A DNA stretch of 64,000 nt from an uncultured Clostridia bacterium. GTDB taxonomy: Bacteria > Bacillota > Clostridia > Christensenellales > UBA1242. Under the pieces are notes generated by a model, which saw only the letters and a program-made list of their open reading frames with translations, was not told where the DNA came from and did no database searches. The position numbers and the translations under genes were made by a program. Positions 58,591 to 64,000 of this stretch are shown in pieces (positions within the stretch are counted from its first letter, which is position 1; every line of letters begins with the position of its first letter). The stretch lies in the NCBI GenBank assembly GCA_944383415.1, contig CALWPK010000006.1:28224-92223 (forward strand), written 5' to 3'.

Positions 58591-59804
58591 ATAAATTGAA
58601 AAATGTCCATTCAAACAAAATGACAATAATATGTATGATATTGCTAATATCATTATTTTCTATATTTTCTCCTATGGCTACATTTTGTGCCGAAAACACA
58701 ACTGTAGAGATCAGCGAAGATCTGAACAATTCAATAATAGACGAATTGAATGAAATCGATTTTTCAGCACTCAATGGAGTGGTAGAAGAATTTCAAAACA
58801 ATAGTACAAACATCTTTTCAATTGATAACATTAAAAGCAAAGTTTATTCTATCATTTCTGGCGAAAACGCAGTGTCGTATTCCTCATTTTTCGCAAGTGT
58901 ATTTTCAATCTTTGTAGATTTGATAGTGAAATATCTTCCTATGCTTTCACTAATTGTGGCAATAGGTGTAATAAGCAATTTATTAAATGGTATCAAGAGC
59001 AAATTCAATGAAAAGTCTACAAGCGGACTGATTCATTTTGTGTGTTTTCTAGCGGTAGTCGTACTTACAATAGGTATGATTAGTTCGATTAGCAAGACGA
59101 GCGTATCTTCAGTCAATTCTATGGTGTCGCAAATGAATGCTATATTCCCGATACTTTTGACATTAATGATAGGTATAGGCGCCACAGCAAGTGCAGGCGT
59201 ATTTCAACCAATTGTGGCAATAATTTCAACCTATGTAGCAGATTTTTTCACATATTTAATATTGCCACTATTTATGGTCAGTTTCGTGTTCGGAATTATT
59301 AATAATCTATCAGATAATATCAAATTGGATAAGTTTAATTCGTTCATCTCTAGTTTGTTCAAATGGTGTGTTGGGTTGATATTTACATTATTCTTCGCTG
59401 TATTCACTATTCAGGGAATATCGGCGGGAACTTTTGATAGCCTCAGCATTAGGACTACAAAATATACAATCAAGAGTTATATCCCTATTATGGGAGGTTA
59501 TCTATCAGACGGAATGGATTTGATTCTTTCTAGCACAATCCTTATCAAGAATGCGGTAGGTTTAGTTGGTATTCTTATGATTATCAGTACTATTATATCA
59601 CCATTGATAGAAATAGTAGTATTTAGTTTGCTATTAAAACTTGTGAGTGCAATCTTGCAACCTATGGGAAATAATAAAACCTCAAATTTTCTTATGTCAA
59701 CTTCAAAGTCAATAACAATGCTGTCGTCTTGTATAATAGCGGTAGGATTTATGTATTTGATATCGGTAGGGTTGGTAATGACTACCTCAAATGTGGTGAT
59801 GTGA
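58587..59804 (+). CDS. spoIIIAE: Stage III sporulation protein AE
   Basis: This is a ~405-aa polytopic membrane protein with a signal-like N-terminus, in the expected operon position. Confidence 0.88.
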   Translation: MNKLKNVHSNKMTIICMILLISLFSIFSPMATFCAENTTVEISEDLNNSIIDELNEIDFSALNGVVEEFQNNSTNIFSIDNIKSKVYSIISGENAVSYSSFFASVFSIFVDLIVKYLPMLSLIVAIGVISNLLNGIKSKFNEKSTSGLIHFVCFLAVVVLTIGMISSISKTSVSSVNSMVSQMNAIFPILLTLMIGIGATASAGVFQPIVAIISTYVADFFTYLILPLFMVSFVFGIINNLSDNIKLDKFNSFISSLFKWCVGLIFTLFFAVFTIQGISAGTFDSLSIRTTKYTIKSYIPIMGGYLSDGMDLILSSTILIKNAVGLVGILMIISTIISPLIEIVVFSLLLKLVSAILQPMGNNKTSNFLMSTSKSITMLSSCIIAVGFMYLISVGLVMTTSNVVM

Positions 59805-60277
59805 TGGCTGGGTATATATTAAGTATTTTAGGGATAGTGGTGGCGGGCGTCTTTATAGATATAATAATCCCAAGTGGAACGATCAACAAATATATCAAGA
59901 GTATATATGCAATATTTGTGTTGGCGGTGATTATTACGCCTATAATTAAATTTTTCAATGACAATCAAGGCTTTAACTTAGAATATCAAGAATATGAAAT
60001 AAATCAAAATTTGATCAATTATATTCAAACTAATAAAATAGAAGCGATGGAAAATAATATCGTTTCTGACCTAGAAGATGAGGGATTATTAAATATCGAC
60101 ATATTAATCAACTATTCCTTAGATAACAACGAATTATCCATAAATTCTTGTACAATTAATTTGGAAAATTTGGTCATTAGTTCGGACAACCAGCATATAA
60201 ATAAATATGAAATCATTAAAGAGATTGTCCGAAAGCACACAAATTTAGCAGATGAGGAGATGATATTCTATGAGTGA
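59804..60277 (+). CDS. spoIIIAF: Stage III sporulation protein AF
   Basis: The ATG at 59804 overlaps the spoIIIAE stop (ATGA-type overlap). It has two N-terminal TM helices. Confidence 0.8.
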   Translation: MAGYILSILGIVVAGVFIDIIIPSGTINKYIKSIYAIFVLAVIITPIIKFFNDNQGFNLEYQEYEINQNLINYIQTNKIEAMENNIVSDLEDEGLLNIDILINYSLDNNELSINSCTINLENLVISSDNQHINKYEIIKEIVRKHTNLADEEMIFYE

Positions 60278-60719
60278 AAATGAGAAAAAGACTGGTCTCA
60301 AATGGCTTGAAAAGTTGAAAAAAATCAAGCATATTGAAATCTACATTGCGATTATCTTCATTGTGATTTTGCTACTCATATATATGTCAAACTTCAGCAA
60401 TTCAAAGTCGGACAATAATGATTCAAACACGGATACTTTGACTGTAACAGCCTATATTGATAGGCTAGAAACAAATCTAGAAGAGACTTTGTCCAATATC
60501 GGAGGTGTGTCAGATGTGAAAGTAATGATTACATTGAATATGAGTGATGCAGAAGTGACTGATTCTACAATTAACTTAAATAAATTTCCCGAGATAAAAG
60601 GTGTGATAGTTACGGCAAAAGGCGTCAACGATACGTCCACAAAAATGAAAGTACTTCATGCAATTGAGGCTGTTATTGATATACAAAATGGAAATATTGA
60701 AATTTTGTCAAGTGAATAG
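60270..60719 (+). CDS. spoIIIAG: Stage III sporulation protein AG
   Basis: A single TM helix is followed by a YscJ/FliF-like ring-building region (VKVMITL...GVIVTAKG). Confidence 0.8.
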   Translation: MSENEKKTGLKWLEKLKKIKHIEIYIAIIFIVILLLIYMSNFSNSKSDNNDSNTDTLTVTAYIDRLETNLEETLSNIGGVSDVKVMITLNMSDAEVTDSTINLNKFPEIKGVIVTAKGVNDTSTKMKVLHAIEAVIDIQNGNIEILSSE

Positions 60720-60727
60720 GAGGTATT

Positions 60728-61213
60728 ATGAAAACATTGTCAAAAAAGAAAAAAATTATTATCATTTCAGTTATGGTGGCATTATTATTGATTACGGGTT
60801 ATGTAAACGTTGCATTAAATAGTTCAATCTCAGACGGTATGAGTACTACAACTAATACAACATCTGAAAGTTTTTATGTATCATATCGAACAGAGCGTGA
60901 AGCGACTAGAACGCAAGAGATTCAATTTTATGACTCAATAATTGCTAGTACGTCAAGTAGTGATGAGGCTAAACAAGAAGCAGAAGAGAATAAATTGGCA
61001 CTTATCGCACAAATGGAAAAAGAATTGGTAACAGAAGGTATAATTCGTGGAAAAGGTTTTGAGGACGCTATTGTCACATCAAGCAGTTCAAATGTTAATG
61101 TATTCGTAAAAAGTGCGGAACTAACGAGAGATGAAGTGGCTCAAATCACAGCAGTAGTGACAGAGCAACTAGGTGTTGAGATAGATAAAATCATTATTAT
61201 ACCGTCAGAATAA
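60728..61213 (+). CDS. spoIIIAH: Stage III sporulation protein AH-like
   Basis: An N-terminal TM helix is followed by a C-terminal YscJ/FliF-like domain. It is the last gene of the operon. Confidence 0.75.
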   Translation: MKTLSKKKKIIIISVMVALLLITGYVNVALNSSISDGMSTTTNTTSESFYVSYRTEREATRTQEIQFYDSIIASTSSSDEAKQEAEENKLALIAQMEKELVTEGIIRGKGFEDAIVTSSSSNVNVFVKSAELTRDEVAQITAVVTEQLGVEIDKIIIIPSE

Positions 61214-61264
61214 TTGCTAAAAATATTTGATTGTGGTATAATATTGCACAAGAGAGGTTGACTT

Positions 61265-61621
61265 ATGGCACAAATAAAAAAAGTTAATGATGCAGATACA
61301 TATATAAATAAAAATATGGTAGTTTCAATCGTAAGTTTGGCTACAAAAGAAATAATGGGAGTGATAGATGTATATCAACCTACTAAACTTTCAATCAAAA
61401 GGTTGTTTAATCGTAACGTTGGGAAAGGTGTACGTATCAAATATACCAAGTTGGGCATTTTGATTGATATATATGTGACGGTTGATACAGGCTGTGAAGT
61501 TAATGACGTTGTATTTAAGATTCAACAAAATGTAAAGAATAGTATCACATCACTTTTACCGATTAAGATAAAAGCAATTAATGTCCACATTATGGATGCA
61601 GAAAAAAAAGATTCTCTCTAA
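61265..61621 (+). CDS. Asp23/Gls24-family envelope stress protein
   Basis: It is ~118 aa. Its position before nusB matches B. subtilis yqhY, and it has an Asp23-like pattern (IVSLATKEIMGV.., V.V.D.). Confidence 0.8.
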   Translation: MAQIKKVNDADTYINKNMVVSIVSLATKEIMGVIDVYQPTKLSIKRLFNRNVGKGVRIKYTKLGILIDIYVTVDTGCEVNDVVFKIQQNVKNSITSLLPIKIKAINVHIMDAEKKDSL

Positions 61622-61654
61622 ATGAGAGAGTTTTTCTATATAAGGAGATGACTT

Positions 61655-62029
61655 ATGAAAAGAACAGAGATGAGAGAATTGGCTTTTAAAACTATATATT
61701 CGAAATTTTTTAATCCTTCAGAGGAAGAAGTTTTTGCAAATGCCGATCAAAATAGTTTGGAGTTTACTAGCAAAATTTTGCAAAACTTCGCTTCGCACTA
61801 TCAGGAAATCAATGATTTTTTATCTAAAAAGTTGAAAGGGTATACAATAGACAGAATCAACAAAGTAGATTTGGCAATTTTGATTTTGGCAGTGATTGAA
61901 TTAAAATATGTCAAAGAAAACCCTAAGGAAGTTGTAATAAACGAAGCCGTAGAGTTAGCAAAGAAATATTCTACAGAGAAAAGTCCTAAATTTGTCAATG
62001 GGATATTGGCAGATATTGTAAAAGAGTAA
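61655..62029 (+). CDS. nusB: Transcription antitermination factor NusB
   Basis: RTEMRELAFKTIY and the EAVELAKKYSTEKSPKFVNGILA motif are present. Confidence 0.93.
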   Translation: MKRTEMRELAFKTIYSKFFNPSEEEVFANADQNSLEFTSKILQNFASHYQEINDFLSKKLKGYTIDRINKVDLAILILAVIELKYVKENPKEVVINEAVELAKKYSTEKSPKFVNGILADIVKE

Positions 62030-62127
62030 TTTATTTAATTAAATTTTTGATATGACATCAAGATGAAATTTAAAAATTCATTTTAAAGATAACGCTTATT
62101 TTGATATTATAATAATTCCTTAATAGT

Positions 62128-63296
62128 ATGAAAGTGTTTACAGTTTCACAGATAAATAAAATAATAAAAGATCTGATTGACAATGAAGTTATTTTAGAAG
62201 ACATAATGATAACTGGAGAATTGTCGTCTTTTTCTATTACTCGAAATATTGCGTATTTCACCTTGAAGGATAATGACAATCTTTTGAATTGCATACAATT
62301 CAATGCTCGTGCTGAATATAAAATTGGAGATATGGTTCAATGTCGTGGGAATGTTAAATATTATCCTAAAGGTGGGAAATTGACTTTTACGGCTTTATCA
62401 ATAGAGGCTTGTGGGCAGGGGGAACTTTATCAGCAATTTTTGAAAATGAAACAAAAATTGCAAGACGAAGGTTTGTTTGATGAAGATCATAAAATTCCTA
62501 TACCAAAATTTATCAATTCGGTTGGTGTGGTGACATCAAAAACCGGTGCGGTCTTGCAAGATATAAAAAATATTGCATTTAGAAGAAACCCGAACATCGA
62601 TATATATGTATATGATGCACAAGTTCAAGGAAACTTTGCTGTTCAGCAAGTAATAGAAGGTATATCATACTTTGACAATTTATCAGATGTTGATGTCATA
62701 ATTGTGGCTCGCGGAGGAGGAAGTATAGAAGATCTTATGCCGTTTAATAGTGAAGAATTAGCACGTATCGCATATATTTGCAACAAACCTATAATAAGTG
62801 CAGTTGGACACGAAACCGATTTTTCTATTTTAGATTTTGTTGCAGATCTACGTGCACCAACACCTAGTGCGGCAGCAGAATTGATAACTTACGATAATTT
62901 AGAAATTATTCAGTATATTAAAGATTTACAATCAAATTTGAATTCCATTTTGGAAAACAAAATTATAGATATTGATAGCAATATTAATTATAATATCTTA
63001 AATATAGAAAGGCTAATTAATGAATCAATAAATAGTGAAATGATATATATAAATGACATTATGAATGATATTGAACATTATTTAGATAAAAACATAGATA
63101 ATACCACATATCGTGTAAATATATTATTAAATACACTAGATAAACTAAATCCAATGAAATTATTAAGGTCAGGATATGCTCATATTATGAAAGATAATCA
63201 AGTTATAAATTACAAAAATATAAACGTCGGTGATGTGTTAGATATAAGAACTAGTGGAATGAAATTGAAAGCAAAAGTGACAAATAAGGAGAAATT

Positions 63297-63300
<4 letters not shown>
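62128..63300 (+). CDS. xseA: Exodeoxyribonuclease VII large subunit
   Basis: An N-terminal OB domain (VSQINKIIKDLID...GELSSF), VVTSKTGAVLQD and ARGGGSIEDL motifs are present. Confidence 0.95.

Positions 63301-64000
<700 letters not shown>

Overview
This is a 64-kb chromosomal segment from an AT-rich, endospore-forming Firmicute that looks Clostridia-like: it carries ytxC, ytfI/ytfJ, dacB and a complete spoIIIAA-AH operon. I call about 68 CDS. All but three are on the + strand, and most sit in classic core operons. In order these are: T-box-thrS; infC-rpmI-rplT; yebC-ruvCAB-queA-tgt-yajC-secDF-recJ; scpAB; ruvX; rpsB-tsf; frr-uppS-cdsA-rseP; rimP-nusA-ylxR-L7Ae-infB-rbfA-truB; efp; spoIIIA; asp23-nusB-xseAB; and the 5' end of proS. 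I saw no rRNA, tRNA, CRISPR array, transposase, integrase or prophage genes. The parts that core housekeeping does not explain are listed here. (1) An insertion sits between tsf and frr, where pyrH normally lies. It encodes a 1068-aa membrane-anchored adhesin (B-repeats plus BspA-type LRRs) and two tandem family-2 glycosyltransferases. Its promoter has a G11 homopolymer inside the -35/-10 spacer, making it a candidate phase-variation switch. (2) A minus-strand two-gene operon has a consensus promoter and encodes a signal-peptide-less BspA-LRR protein with an unrecognised Cys/His-containing C-terminal half, translationally coupled to an 89-aa coiled-coil protein. (3) A 506-aa gene occupies the polC position but has only an N-terminal region, an OB-like segment and a DEDDh exonuclease, with no PHP or polymerase domains. 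It may be expressed from a leaderless mRNA whose promoter is embedded in the upstream terminator. (4) Two unknown genes are interleaved in the yebC-ruvC-ruvAB operon. (5) An Fe-ADH / ALDH3-type aldehyde dehydrogenase / YhhN (lysoplasmalogenase family) cluster is present. (6) A 64-aa Cys-rich ORF has a perfect Shine-Dalgarno sequence. All functional calls rest on motif and synteny recognition by eye. No database search was run.
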